Source: a virus | Taxonomy: Duplodnaviria; Caudoviricetes | DNA length: 32,466 nucleotides | Direction: 5' to 3' (one strand) | IMG/VR virus record: IMGVR_UViG_3300049899_000159 | Coordinates: 1 to 32,466 of that record | Shown here: one piece after another, positions 8,689 to 17,847 of the stretch | Numbering within the stretch: position 1 is the stretch's first letter | Layout of the letters: every line of letters begins with the position of its first letter | Made by a program: the position numbers and the translations under genes | The notes under the pieces: model-generated | Seen by the model: the letters and a program-made list of their open reading frames with translations, nothing else | Databases searched by the model: none | What the model was told of the DNA's origin: nothing

Positions 8689-9404
8689 TGCGAGTTGCAA
8701 TAGTCACACCGACAATAGGTTCGGGGCATTTAGCACAATGCATGGAGTCTGTGGATGAACAGACACACGATGAACTTATACATTATATTTTTATCGATGG
8801 TAAAGAGCACGAAGAGACTGTACGCGAGATAACAGATGTATACGATGCCACTAGCATTATTACATTAGAAGATAATATAGGTGAAGGATGGTACGGCCAT
8901 CGTGTTTATGCAGCATGTTCGTTTTTAGTAGATGCAGATGTTATCATTTACTTAGATGAAGACAACTGGTTAGAACCTAATCACGTCGAAGAGCATATAA
9001 AAGTATTAGAAAAAGGTTTTGCTTGGTCTTACACGTTGCGAAACATACATGATAAAAATGGTAAGTTTCTTTGTCAGGATAATTGCGAGTCGTTGGGACA
9101 CTGGCCAATTTATTTAAGTAAGCCCGAAGAGCCAATACACCACATAGACACATCATGCTTCGCTTTAAGGAAAGAAGTAGCATTAAATATCGGTCACGCA
9201 TGGTATGGACAATGGGGTGCGGATAGACAGTTTATGCATAATTTAGCAAAGCACTTTGATAAGTTTGGCAGCACAGGTAAGCATACAGCAAATTATCGTT
9301 TAGACGGTAATGAGCAATCTGTTAACGAAGAGTTTTTTGTAGACGGCAATGCTAAAATGTTAGAACTATACCCGGATGGATTTCCCTGGACTGAGGATAG
9401 TTAA
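8688..9404 (+). CDS. Glycosyltransferase family 2 (GT-A fold)
   Basis: MRVAIVTPT, CMESVDEQT, YLDEDNW (DxD), IDTSCF, GADR. Confidence 0.88.
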   Translation: MRVAIVTPTIGSGHLAQCMESVDEQTHDELIHYIFIDGKEHEETVREITDVYDATSIITLEDNIGEGWYGHRVYAACSFLVDADVIIYLDEDNWLEPNHVEEHIKVLEKGFAWSYTLRNIHDKNGKFLCQDNCESLGHWPIYLSKPEEPIHHIDTSCFALRKEVALNIGHAWYGQWGADRQFMHNLAKHFDKFGSTGKHTANYRLDGNEQSVNEEFFVDGNAKMLELYPDGFPWTEDS

Positions 9405-9893
9405 ATGGTTGGCGGGTGGGACAATAATACTAATTTCAATAATAATTTAGGTACAGCACCGAGAGGAGTAGGACAAGTGTTTAAAGATAGTGATTATACA
9501 GAAGCCGAAGAGCGCGAAATAGAACGTGCTAATTTAATTAGCGACGGTGTTATATTCCTGCGAACCCTTAGCAGATACTACGGTGCCGAGAAAGGAATGG
9601 ACCTGTGGGCTAAAATGAATGAAGTGCTAGATGACGATGTTGCACAAGATGTCTTTATGAATATGCTTGGTGCTGGCGAATCCGGCACTACCTTTCGTAT
9701 GCAGTATGGTAGATGCGATGTAAAAGTAACAGCAATAAAAGCAGTTAGGCAAGCAACTGGACTCGGGCTTAAAGATGCCAAGGAATTAGTCGAAGAATCA
9801 CAAGTACAGCCAGCGAGAGTCCAGTGCCAAACAGCAAAAGAGGCAATTGGCCTGCGTAAAGATCTACGTGAAATAGGCATGTACATTTCGTGA
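9405..9893 (+). CDS. Protein with a C-terminal ribosomal bL12 (L7/L12) CTD-like domain
   Basis: KVTAIKAVRQATGLGLKDAKELVE matches the bL12 signature. The N-terminal half is unrelated and helical. An alternative GTG start lies at 9477. Confidence 0.8.
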   Translation: MVGGWDNNTNFNNNLGTAPRGVGQVFKDSDYTEAEEREIERANLISDGVIFLRTLSRYYGAEKGMDLWAKMNEVLDDDVAQDVFMNMLGAGESGTTFRMQYGRCDVKVTAIKAVRQATGLGLKDAKELVEESQVQPARVQCQTAKEAIGLRKDLREIGMYIS

Positions 9894-10219
9894 TTAAAGT
9901 AACAAAGAAATTACCATACACGTATCAAGCAAAAGTACACATTTCCGAAGGAATAGAATTATATAATTATTACATAGCAGATACAATTTGCGGACTTATT
10001 AATTACCTTGAAAAACATGACATCGAACCCGACGGTGTTGAAATACGCGAAGTGTTTAACAAAGAAGAAAAACTGCTATCGCAGGATTACTTTGTAAGCG
10101 AAGGCAAATGGATACACACGCCTGAATTGTGCAACTCATTTAAAGAGCATTATAAAGGGCATATATGTGATAAGGGCTGTTCGTTTGAGGGCAGAGATCA
10201 AACAGGCATCGGACCATAA
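9890..10219 (+). CDS. Hypothetical protein (Cys/His-containing C-terminus)
   Basis: 109-aa ORF with GTGA overlap. Confidence 0.7.
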   Translation: MIKVTKKLPYTYQAKVHISEGIELYNYYIADTICGLINYLEKHDIEPDGVEIREVFNKEEKLLSQDYFVSEGKWIHTPELCNSFKEHYKGHICDKGCSFEGRDQTGIGP

Positions 10220-10227
10220 ATACTAGT

Positions 10228-10533
10228 ATGAAAGAATCAGACATCACAACTATAGCACAAACAGAGAAGCCTATTTACATTGGTGAATTTACTGATATAA
10301 TTAGTAAGTTCCACGACCTCGGTGTATACGTAGGAAGTCCTACAAAACAAAATACAGTTGAAATTACCGGGTACTATATTGAGGATGAAGCAAAAGCATT
10401 TGCCCACATGTTTGATGTTGCAACAGCATTTGGACCCATTGGGCAAAGCATGAATGGGCTTACAATAGACGTAGGATCGCTAACAATTAGCGAATATGTT
10501 GAAATGTTAACCCACATTTATCACACCCTGTAG
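10228..10533 (+). CDS. Hypothetical protein, late-type promoter
   Basis: 101-aa ORF; TAAATA at 10217-10222 lies 5 nt before the ATG. Confidence 0.7.
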   Translation: MKESDITTIAQTEKPIYIGEFTDIISKFHDLGVYVGSPTKQNTVEITGYYIEDEAKAFAHMFDVATAFGPIGQSMNGLTIDVGSLTISEYVEMLTHIYHTL

Positions 10534-10603
10534 TAAGTCATTGATTTCATTGCAGTAATTAATCCCACCTCATTTACAATCTCTATATATTTCAATAACT
10601 TAC
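10533..10603. repeat. Spaced 12-bp inverted repeat
   Basis: GTAAGTCATTGA (10533-10544) and TCAATAACTTAC (10592-10603) match at 11 of 12 positions, just upstream of a promoter. Confidence 0.6.
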
Positions 10604-10617
10604 AAGAAATTTAGAGG

Positions 10618-10645
10618 TTGACCTTTTGGCACATCCGCGTATAAT
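10618..10645 (+). promoter_or_regulatory. sigma70-type promoter
   Basis: TTGACC-16 nt-TATAAT, with a GGAG RBS before ATG 10705. Confidence 0.75.
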
Positions 10646-10704
10646 ACACAGTATATTAAGTAATACACAAATCCAAATAATAATATACAGCGGAGATACA
10701 CAAT

Positions 10705-11712
10705 ATGACAAACGTACTAATTAAAGCAGGCAAATACAGAGGGGAAGATGTAGTTAACACTGAATTTGAGCTTGTTAAGGATTATACAGAAGGCAAGAAA
10801 GGCGGCTTTATTACTGTAGATGGTAATAAGCACTTTGGTCGTGATAAGGTACGTGTTAATGTTGGTAGCCGTGAAGACTTTGTAATAACTAATGGTGATG
10901 GAGCAGTTCCAGAAGCAGAAGTTAAAGAAACAGATGAAGAAGTAATGGACCGTATTGAAAAACGTTTTAAGATTTTAGATACAATGACCATTGCAGCCAT
11001 ATCAGGTGACATACGTTCACTTATTGTTAGTGGCCCTCCAGGAGTAGGTAAATCATTTGGTGTAGAACGTGAGCTGGAACGCACAGAAACTTTTCGTGCA
11101 TTGTCTGGTAATACACGTGGTACCAAGTATGAAGTAATTAAAGGTTCCGCTTCTGCAATTGCATTATACATGACACTTTGGAAGTTTAGTGATCCGAATT
11201 GTGTATTAGTATTTGATGATTGTGATAGCATTTTACTTGATGATGTATGTTTGAACTTGTTGAAAGGTGCATTAGATTCCGGTAAGAAACGCCGCATTAG
11301 TTGGTTAGCTGAAAGTTCTACATTACGTAGAGAAGACATTCCTACAAGCTTTGATTTTAAAGGAAGTGTTATCTTTATTACTAACCTTAAGTTTGATAAC
11401 TTCCGTGGTAAGCTTGCAGATCATTTAGCGGCATTACAGTCGCGTTGTCATTACTTGGACCTTACGTTAGACACGATGCGTGATAAGATTTTACGTATAC
11501 GTCAAATAGCACGTACAGGTCAATTGTTTGGTGAACAAGGAATTGGTGAAGTTGGACAAGCTGAAATCATTAACTTTGTAGATGACAACAAGAGCATGTT
11601 GCGTGAAGTTAGCTTGCGGATGGCAGTCAAAATAGCAGAATTGTTTACTGCATTTCCGGAAGATTGGAAGGATATGGCTAGAACTACTTGCATGAAGCGC
11701 AAGGTAGTATAA
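10705..11712 (+). CDS. P-loop AAA+-type ATPase
   Basis: Walker A GPPGVGKS, Walker B LVFDDCD, sensor IFITN and arginine finger ALQSR. Confidence 0.88.
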   Translation: MTNVLIKAGKYRGEDVVNTEFELVKDYTEGKKGGFITVDGNKHFGRDKVRVNVGSREDFVITNGDGAVPEAEVKETDEEVMDRIEKRFKILDTMTIAAISGDIRSLIVSGPPGVGKSFGVERELERTETFRALSGNTRGTKYEVIKGSASAIALYMTLWKFSDPNCVLVFDDCDSILLDDVCLNLLKGALDSGKKRRISWLAESSTLRREDIPTSFDFKGSVIFITNLKFDNFRGKLADHLAALQSRCHYLDLTLDTMRDKILRIRQIARTGQLFGEQGIGEVGQAEIINFVDDNKSMLREVSLRMAVKIAELFTAFPEDWKDMARTTCMKRKVV

Positions 11713-11739
11713 CCAAAACAGAATCCGTTGTAACCCTTT

Positions 11740-11761
11740 ACCGCTCTTAGGAGCGGTTTTT
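11740..11761 (+). terminator. Rho-independent terminator
   Basis: ACCGCTC-TTAG-GAGCGGT followed by TTTT. Confidence 0.8.
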
Positions 11762-11762
11762 A

Positions 11763-11790
11763 TTGACTATAGTTTTAGATATGTTATAAT
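11763..11790 (+). promoter_or_regulatory. sigma70-type promoter
   Basis: TTGACT-16 nt-TATAAT with TG extension; ATG 11797 is 6 nt downstream. Confidence 0.75.
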
Positions 11791-11796
11791 ATATAA

Positions 11797-12930
11797 ATGC
11801 AAACGTTCAACTACTTAGAAGATTACATAGAATTTATGGCTGGACTAACCAGTAATATTCATTCTGGTGGTGCTGTCTTGGGAGCAGGAGTAATACCATT
11901 TAATCTTGCACGTTACGACAAAGCTCCTGTGGAAAACATGTCGTCCCAAACGTATTTTGGTACAGCACTAACAGACAAGCAAGCAAAATTGTGTCAGCGT
12001 ATAGTACTTAATTACCGTAAACAGTTTGCTAAGAATGGTATCGATGTTAGTCCAATGGAAACGAGTCCTAATTACCGTATGCCATTGCGTACAATTGATC
12101 GTACCAAATCGGCATACATAGAAGACAAAAGTATTATATTAAAATTCCCGTATGCACAAGACCTAATAAACGAATTGCGTGACTACAAAGGTAAATCAGA
12201 TAGCCGTATACTATTCCAGGGCAATGGTGATATTAAAGCATGGGTACTTGGTATAACAGAACAGAACGTAGCATGGGTAGTCGGTTGGGGCAAACTACAC
12301 GACTTTGAAGTGTCTAAAGAATTAATAGAAATGGATAAGCAAGTACAAGAGTGTGAAGGTATCGAATACAAAATTGAGTTGGTGGAAACAGAAGATGGGT
12401 ACACAATAACTAACGCAGAGGATAGTTTGGTTAATTATATAAATGAGAAACATGGTGGGTTCGGTAAGGATAACGTGCAAGCATTAACACGTGAAGCAGG
12501 AACACTAGGTTACACAATAAGCGATAAGATACGTGAGCAATTGCCGGAAACTATTCGTGAGTTCGCGGGTCAAAGAGTAGTACATATAAAACCAAAGGAA
12601 CACGACCTTAAAACTATCCTTGCCTTTGCAGACGCAACTAACCGCTGGCCTGTTTACATGTTTGACCCACACTCAAGTCACGATAAACAATTAGATGAAT
12701 TGGGACTTGCCGAAGATGAAATTGTAAGGTTTGATTTGCGAGGTAAGACGGCGACTTGCGATTACAATGTAGATAATGTTAAACTAATGTATGCAGGACG
12801 TATTCCGAAGACATGGGTTTATAAATTACCATTGTTTGTAAGCACAACTAATTTACCACATTCGAATTTGCATCAACGTTGTTTAGCAAATGCAGAGGTG
12901 CTAATAGAATACTTTGATCAAAAATTATAA
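11797..12930 (+). CDS. Hypothetical protein upstream of the helicase
   Basis: 377-aa ORF with core-like codon usage and no motif I recognise with confidence. Confidence 0.8.
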   Translation: MQTFNYLEDYIEFMAGLTSNIHSGGAVLGAGVIPFNLARYDKAPVENMSSQTYFGTALTDKQAKLCQRIVLNYRKQFAKNGIDVSPMETSPNYRMPLRTIDRTKSAYIEDKSIILKFPYAQDLINELRDYKGKSDSRILFQGNGDIKAWVLGITEQNVAWVVGWGKLHDFEVSKELIEMDKQVQECEGIEYKIELVETEDGYTITNAEDSLVNYINEKHGGFGKDNVQALTREAGTLGYTISDKIREQLPETIREFAGQRVVHIKPKEHDLKTILAFADATNRWPVYMFDPHSSHDKQLDELGLAEDEIVRFDLRGKTATCDYNVDNVKLMYAGRIPKTWVYKLPLFVSTTNLPHSNLHQRCLANAEVLIEYFDQKL

Positions 12931-12940
12931 GGAGATAAAA

Positions 12941-13174
12941 ATGAAGAGTAGAAAAATTTGGTCTGTTGAAACAATAATAGATATGTATAAGGAGATTGAA
13001 TCCGAAGAACATTATGATTCGGATGATATCTCTACAATCATATGTGATAAAATAATAGTTAAGGAAGACATGTTTTCAAATGAAGAATATTATAGATTTA
13101 TATTTGATATATTCGACATTTGTAAAAAGTATGTAAAGTCAACACAAGGAATTGAATGTCAACAGCAACAATAG
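12941..13174 (+). CDS. Small acidic hypothetical protein
   Basis: AGGAG RBS before ATG 12941. Confidence 0.65.
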   Translation: MKSRKIWSVETIIDMYKEIESEEHYDSDDISTIICDKIIVKEDMFSNEEYYRFIFDIFDICKKYVKSTQGIECQQQQ

Positions 13175-14649
13175 TAATTAAAAATGAAACCAATTGTAAG
13201 ATAGATGGACTAAGCCCAGAAGTACGTAGAGAGTTATCAAAGAAGTTTAAGTTTGAGATACCCGGTGCTAGGTATACGCCTGCGGTTAAGCTCGGACGAT
13301 GGGATGGTATGATGACATTCTTTAACATCGCTGCTGACACTTACATTAATTTACTGCCTGAGATTATTCCTATTATAATAGCAAGAGGATATGAAGTAGC
13401 AATAGATGACAGACGAGCTTATACAATACAGTACGAGTTGGAACCTATACAAGCAGATACGTTTGCAGATCGCACATGGCCGGAAGGACATAACAACGCC
13501 GGCGAGCCTATTATATTCCGCGACTACCAAGTACAAGTAATTAACGAATACTTAACCAACCCGCAAAGCATACAAGAAGTAGCAACAGGCGCAGGCAAAA
13601 CATTAATAACTGCCGCCCTAAGTTTGCAATGTGAAGAGCATGGGCGTACAATTGTTATTGTACCAAATAAAAGTTTAGTTACGCAAACAGAAGACGACTA
13701 CAGGAACTTAGGATTGGACGTTGGCGTGTATTACGGCAAGCGTAAAGAGTTCGGTCACAAACATACTATTTGCACTTGGCAGAGCTTAAATATATTACAG
13801 AAGAAAGCAGAAGCAGCAACAGAAAATGCTACTGTAGCATCGTTACGTGATCCAACGAACGTCACTATAAATGACTTCTTGGAAGATGTGATTTGCGTTA
13901 TAGTAGACGAAGTGCATGCCGCTAAAGCAGATGCATTGCGTAACTTGTTAACTGGCTCGATGAGTAAGTTACCAATACGCTGGGGATTGACAGGCACAGT
14001 ACCAAAGGATGATTGCTTTAGAATTAGTTTAATATGTAGCATTGGCTCTGTTACAAATAAACTAAGTGCAAGAGAATTACAGGATATGGATGTGTTATCT
14101 GATTGCCACATACACGTTAGGCAATTAATGGACCACAAGGCATATCAAAACTATCAAGATGAGTTACGTTACTTGTTAGAAGATAAAAAGCGTATGGAGT
14201 ACATAGGCGAGATGATCAGCAAGATTGCCGCTGGTGGTAATACATTGGTGTTAATTGATCGTGTTAAGCCCGGTAAGGACTTAGTTGGTATGATTGACGA
14301 AGCAGTATTTGTATTTGGTAATACAAAGGATACTACAAGAAAAGAGCATTATGATGATGTTGCGACCGCCAGTAATAAAGTTATCGTTGCAACGTACGGT
14401 GTTGCTGCAGTTGGCATTAACTTGCCGCGTATCTTTAACTTAGTATTAATAGAACCGGGCAAGAGCTTTGTACGTGTAATACAAAGTATAGGGCGTGGCA
14501 TACGTAAGGCAGAAGATAAGGACCACGTCGACATTTACGATATTACAAGTAATTGTAAATTTGCAAAGCGTCATTTAACAACACGTAAAAAGTTTTATAG
14601 AGAAGCAGAATATGAATTTTCTATTGAAAAGATAGACTGGCAGAAATAA
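13156..14649 (+). CDS. uvsW: SF2 DNA helicase, UvsW-like
   Basis: RDYQ Q-motif, ATGAGKT, VDEVH, GLTGT, AVGINLP, IQSIGRGIR. Confidence 0.88.
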   Translation: MSTATIVIKNETNCKIDGLSPEVRRELSKKFKFEIPGARYTPAVKLGRWDGMMTFFNIAADTYINLLPEIIPIIIARGYEVAIDDRRAYTIQYELEPIQADTFADRTWPEGHNNAGEPIIFRDYQVQVINEYLTNPQSIQEVATGAGKTLITAALSLQCEEHGRTIVIVPNKSLVTQTEDDYRNLGLDVGVYYGKRKEFGHKHTICTWQSLNILQKKAEAATENATVASLRDPTNVTINDFLEDVICVIVDEVHAAKADALRNLLTGSMSKLPIRWGLTGTVPKDDCFRISLICSIGSVTNKLSARELQDMDVLSDCHIHVRQLMDHKAYQNYQDELRYLLEDKKRMEYIGEMISKIAAGGNTLVLIDRVKPGKDLVGMIDEAVFVFGNTKDTTRKEHYDDVATASNKVIVATYGVAAVGINLPRIFNLVLIEPGKSFVRVIQSIGRGIRKAEDKDHVDIYDITSNCKFAKRHLTTRKKFYREAEYEFSIEKIDWQK

Positions 14650-14655
14650 AGAAAT

Positions 14656-14920
14656 GTTACCTATCAGAAGGTCGGTGTAGAGAGAGCAAACGAAATTAAA
14701 AAGAAAATTTCCGAATCAAAAAAAAGGAAAGCCTTCGGGAATGGCAGGCAAGACACACAGCGAAGAAACAAAAAAGCGCATGAGCGAAAGCAGGCGAGGC
14801 AAACGAGGCCCGCATAAACGAATTGATAAGTGTCCGTGGTGTGAAACACAATTAGTCACACCACGGCATGTGAAATTTTGTAAAATAAAATTTGTGGAGA
14901 AATTAAAATTAAAATATTAA
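14656..14920 (+). pseudogene. Truncated, frameshifted NUMOD3 homing-endonuclease remnant
   Basis: ...GVERANEIKKKISESKK, then a frame change in the A8 run (14718-14725), then GKPSGMAGKTHSEETKKRMSESRRGK...CPWC...H..FC. No catalytic domain is present. Confidence 0.7.
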
Positions 14921-15408
14921 CACTTGATAACATAGCATTTGATATGACGGAAATACCAGATGAGATTGATGACATGCGGTTTGCTATACTTGACAACAGC
15001 GACCCAAAGAATCCGGATTACTTTTTTATTCCGCTTATATTCTTAGAGTCGTTTAATAGTCCTGCGCTAGTATTAGATATAGGCGGACACAAAATTAAAA
15101 TGCCCGTGGACTGGCAGTTATTAATAGGCGAGGAAGAGATAGGGGACTTGGAAGTTGTTCCGCTTACTTCTATTAACGACAGAGGCTTCAGTGCATACAC
15201 ATTTAATCCCTTAAAGAGTTATAGTCCGGAGTTTATGCAAGTAGAAATTATTGATGTGTACCAAGATGTTAAATGGTACTTTCCTAAGTTAAAGCCTGGA
15301 CAATTATTAAGTGTACCGTTACACGCAGGAGAGAATCCTAAGTGTGCATATTTTGTAAAAGATATTTCGAGACAATCAGAAGTTGTGGATTATGCCAAAA
15401 TCTGGTAA
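14908..15408 (+). CDS. Conserved-looking phage hypothetical protein with a probable ATT start
   Basis: The frame is open upstream of ATG 14944 as (I)KILTLDNIAFDM. GGAG at 14896-14899 is 8 nt before ATT 14908. Confidence 0.7.
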   Translation: MKILTLDNIAFDMTEIPDEIDDMRFAILDNSDPKNPDYFFIPLIFLESFNSPALVLDIGGHKIKMPVDWQLLIGEEEIGDLEVVPLTSINDRGFSAYTFNPLKSYSPEFMQVEIIDVYQDVKWYFPKLKPGQLLSVPLHAGENPKCAYFVKDISRQSEVVDYAKIW

Positions 15409-15865
15409 AGCGTCAGACGACACAACAAAGAGACCGATAGCTGGTGGAGTTAGTAAAGGTGGACTTATGAAAAAGAAAGTTGCAAAAAAGAAAGTACCAA
15501 GAAGAAGTATGAAAAGTTTTAACGACACAATGAAAAAACTCGGCAAAGATACAAGTTATAATTGGAATGGTAATTGGGCTGGGGAAGATTTATTTGATGA
15601 AGATGTACTAAATGCTAAAACTACTGGCGTATCTATTAAAGAAATAATCGAAAAAACGTTAGAAGAGATATCAACGTTAGAACTCGAGCAGAAACGATTA
15701 AAGCAAGCATCAAAGCAAAATAAAAATAGATTAGACGAAGCTCGCAAAGTTGATCAGTGGTTTAATATACTAAAATTAGCCGAAACTGATTCGTCTATTG
15801 CAGAATCTGTAGATCACATAATTACTATGTATAACCTAAAGATTGATCACAGCGGAGAAAAGTAA
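15392..15865 (+). CDS. Hypothetical protein (basic N-terminus, coiled coil)
   Basis: ORF with TAATG coupling to the next gene; the start is uncertain. Confidence 0.7.
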   Translation: MPKSGKASDDTTKRPIAGGVSKGGLMKKKVAKKKVPRRSMKSFNDTMKKLGKDTSYNWNGNWAGEDLFDEDVLNAKTTGVSIKEIIEKTLEEISTLELEQKRLKQASKQNKNRLDEARKVDQWFNILKLAETDSSIAESVDHIITMYNLKIDHSGEK

Positions 15866-16113
15866 TGGCATCACCCATGTACAGAAAAAAGAAGATAAAG
15901 AAAAAGAAAGTAGTCGATCCTAATCGTCCTAACTTACTTAACCACGAAAAACGTATGAAAGAATACGACGAGAAACATTCGAATCTTGACTCGGAACTTA
16001 TCACTATGCGTAGACAGCAAGCGATGCTCGATAGATTAGAACGAGTAGTTCGAAGACAAGGTATTGAGATTAGTCGGTTATCAACCCAAATCCAGATGAT
16101 TAAAAACAGATAG
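15865..16113 (+). CDS. Small basic coiled-coil protein
   Basis: 82 aa, GGAG RBS, Lys-rich N-terminus and heptad-like C-terminus. Confidence 0.75.
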   Translation: MASPMYRKKKIKKKKVVDPNRPNLLNHEKRMKEYDEKHSNLDSELITMRRQQAMLDRLERVVRRQGIEISRLSTQIQMIKNR

Positions 16114-16139
16114 ACAAATATAGAAATATATAGTATAAT
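16111..16139 (+). promoter_or_regulatory. sigma70-type promoter
   Basis: TAGACA-17 nt-TATAAT; ATG 16145 is 5 nt downstream. Confidence 0.75.
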
Positions 16140-16144
16140 AGCAC

Positions 16145-16618
16145 ATGGCTAACGATCCTTTATATATTAAAAATGAAATGGCAGGCTTTGACCGAAAGGA
16201 CAGAGCCTACTACGATAAACTAACTGACGAACAAAAGAAAAAGTTCAGTACCTATCTGATGTTAAGATGGGGTGCTAGTGTAACTGGTAATGCAGACATG
16301 CAGGAGTACTATCTTAAAGCAACCAATCAGCGTGTAAACAAAAACTTTTTCGAACTAGGTAAAAAGCATACTAAGTTGCAATGGTTGATGTGTACAACAG
16401 TTAGTCCTGGTATGGGCAAACAATATCACTATTGGCTCAAGGATAAAAAGAAAACTGGTACCAGCAATAACAAGGCAGAGAAGTTTTTAGCAAAGATATA
16501 TCCACACATGAAACAAGATGAAATCGAAATGATGGCGGTACTAAATGGAAAAGCAGCTCTTAAAGATTTGGCAAAACAACATGGATACAGCAACGAGCAA
16601 ATTAAGTCAGAGTTTTGA
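16145..16618 (+). CDS. Probable clamp-loader small subunit (T4 gp62-like)
   Basis: 157-aa helical protein with KKFSTYLMLRWGAS, KLQWLM and YHYWLK in a replication neighbourhood. The family call is from memory. Confidence 0.55.
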   Translation: MANDPLYIKNEMAGFDRKDRAYYDKLTDEQKKKFSTYLMLRWGASVTGNADMQEYYLKATNQRVNKNFFELGKKHTKLQWLMCTTVSPGMGKQYHYWLKDKKKTGTSNNKAEKFLAKIYPHMKQDEIEMMAVLNGKAALKDLAKQHGYSNEQIKSEF

Positions 16619-17285
16619 ATGTAAGTATTGTAAGAAATCTTACAGAAGAGAATCAACACTTGCGGCACATATTTGTGAGCCAAAGCGGCGTTTACAACAA
16701 GAAAAAGAAACCGGAGTTCAACTTGGCTTACAGGCATACATACGTTTCTACGAACTAACACAAGGTTCTGCTAAAACTAAAACTTACACAACCTTTACTG
16801 AAAGTAATTACTATCAAGCATTTGTTAAGTTTGGTAGACACATGGTTAAGATACGTGCAGTTAATCCCAAAGCATTTATCGAATATGTTATACGTGAAAA
16901 CAAAAAGCTAGACCATTGGACTAAAGATAAGATATACGAGGATTACTTGTATAACTATGTACGCAAAGAAAACGCGCAGGATGCATTAGAACGTGCATTA
17001 AAAGAAATGCAACGTTACGCCGATGAACACTTAGACGGTAGGTTTGCTGATTACTTTAGAGATGGCTCCGCTAATAAAATATGTCAAAACATAAGTCACG
17101 GACGTATGTCACCGTGGGTTATATTCCAATGCGATTCGGGCACAGACTTTCTTGCTAACTTAAACGAAGAACAGTTAGGAATTATAATGCCGTGGATAGA
17201 TCCAGAGCATTGGCAACATCGCTTTAGGGATTATGTAGCGGACGTAGAGTGGACAAAAGAAATACTTAGCAAAGCAGGTCTGTGA
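16581..17285 (+). CDS. C2H2/C2HC zinc-finger protein
   Basis: FECKYCKKSYRRESTLAAHIC near the N-terminus. Start placed at ATG 16581. Confidence 0.8.
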   Translation: MDTATSKLSQSFECKYCKKSYRRESTLAAHICEPKRRLQQEKETGVQLGLQAYIRFYELTQGSAKTKTYTTFTESNYYQAFVKFGRHMVKIRAVNPKAFIEYVIRENKKLDHWTKDKIYEDYLYNYVRKENAQDALERALKEMQRYADEHLDGRFADYFRDGSANKICQNISHGRMSPWVIFQCDSGTDFLANLNEEQLGIIMPWIDPEHWQHRFRDYVADVEWTKEILSKAGL

Positions 17286-17533
17286 TTTATAAAACTTCTA
17301 TAATAACAGCACAACAACAACGTTTTAAATATAGTGTGCCCGTTAGTGATATAGAACGTACAATAAATTATTGTCACAAACATGTCAGCCCGAGAAAGTA
17401 TCGCTTGCATGGAAACAATGCAGGTGGTGAGGATTGGTGTATTGCTTATTGTGACAAAGATAAGAAATGGAAATTGTTTGTACATGATGATAAAATATTA
17501 ACGTGGATGGCATTAAAAGATAAAGTACGATGA
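17282..17533 (+). CDS. Small hypothetical protein
   Basis: 83 aa with GTGA/ATGA overlaps; ends DDKILTWMALK. Confidence 0.7.
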   Translation: MIYKTSIITAQQQRFKYSVPVSDIERTINYCHKHVSPRKYRLHGNNAGGEDWCIAYCDKDKKWKLFVHDDKILTWMALKDKVR

Positions 17534-17847
17534 CTGATGACGAAAAGAAAACATTAGCAATATTAAAAATGGATCCAAACGAAGACCATAGGTCTTGTAC
17601 GTGGTGTGTTAACACTGATACATACATTCCATTTCATTATTTAAAAAAGAATATTTTTAAGTTTTGGGAAAAGAAACAAATTGTAAAAGAAGGTGCCGGG
17701 TGTCCGTTTGCAGATGATTGCGGGTCAAGGCATAGAACGAGTCTGGAATTTGGCCTGTGTAGCGGTAGTCGATATTTTAGTGGTCCGGACAATTACGAAA
17801 TAGATTTAGTAAAGTATTATAATCAAGTATTAATCAAATATGAATAA
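17530..17847 (+). CDS. Small Cys-rich hypothetical protein
   Basis: CTWC, CPFADDC and LC suggest metal binding. Confidence 0.65.
   Translation: MTDDEKKTLAILKMDPNEDHRSCTWCVNTDTYIPFHYLKKNIFKFWEKKQIVKEGAGCPFADDCGSRHRTSLEFGLCSGSRYFSGPDNYEIDLVKYYNQVLIKYE

Noticed and set aside
10782-11339. Long minus-strand ORFs (also 20863..21462, 3397..3849, 13755..14138, 27794..28174)
   Set aside because: They are antisense shadows of well-supported genes, with Ser/Leu/Phe-rich composition and no motifs.
14650-14907. Self-splicing intron joining the helicase to the next gene
   Set aside because: The helicase ends normally, no intron core is visible, and the gap is explained by an endonuclease remnant.
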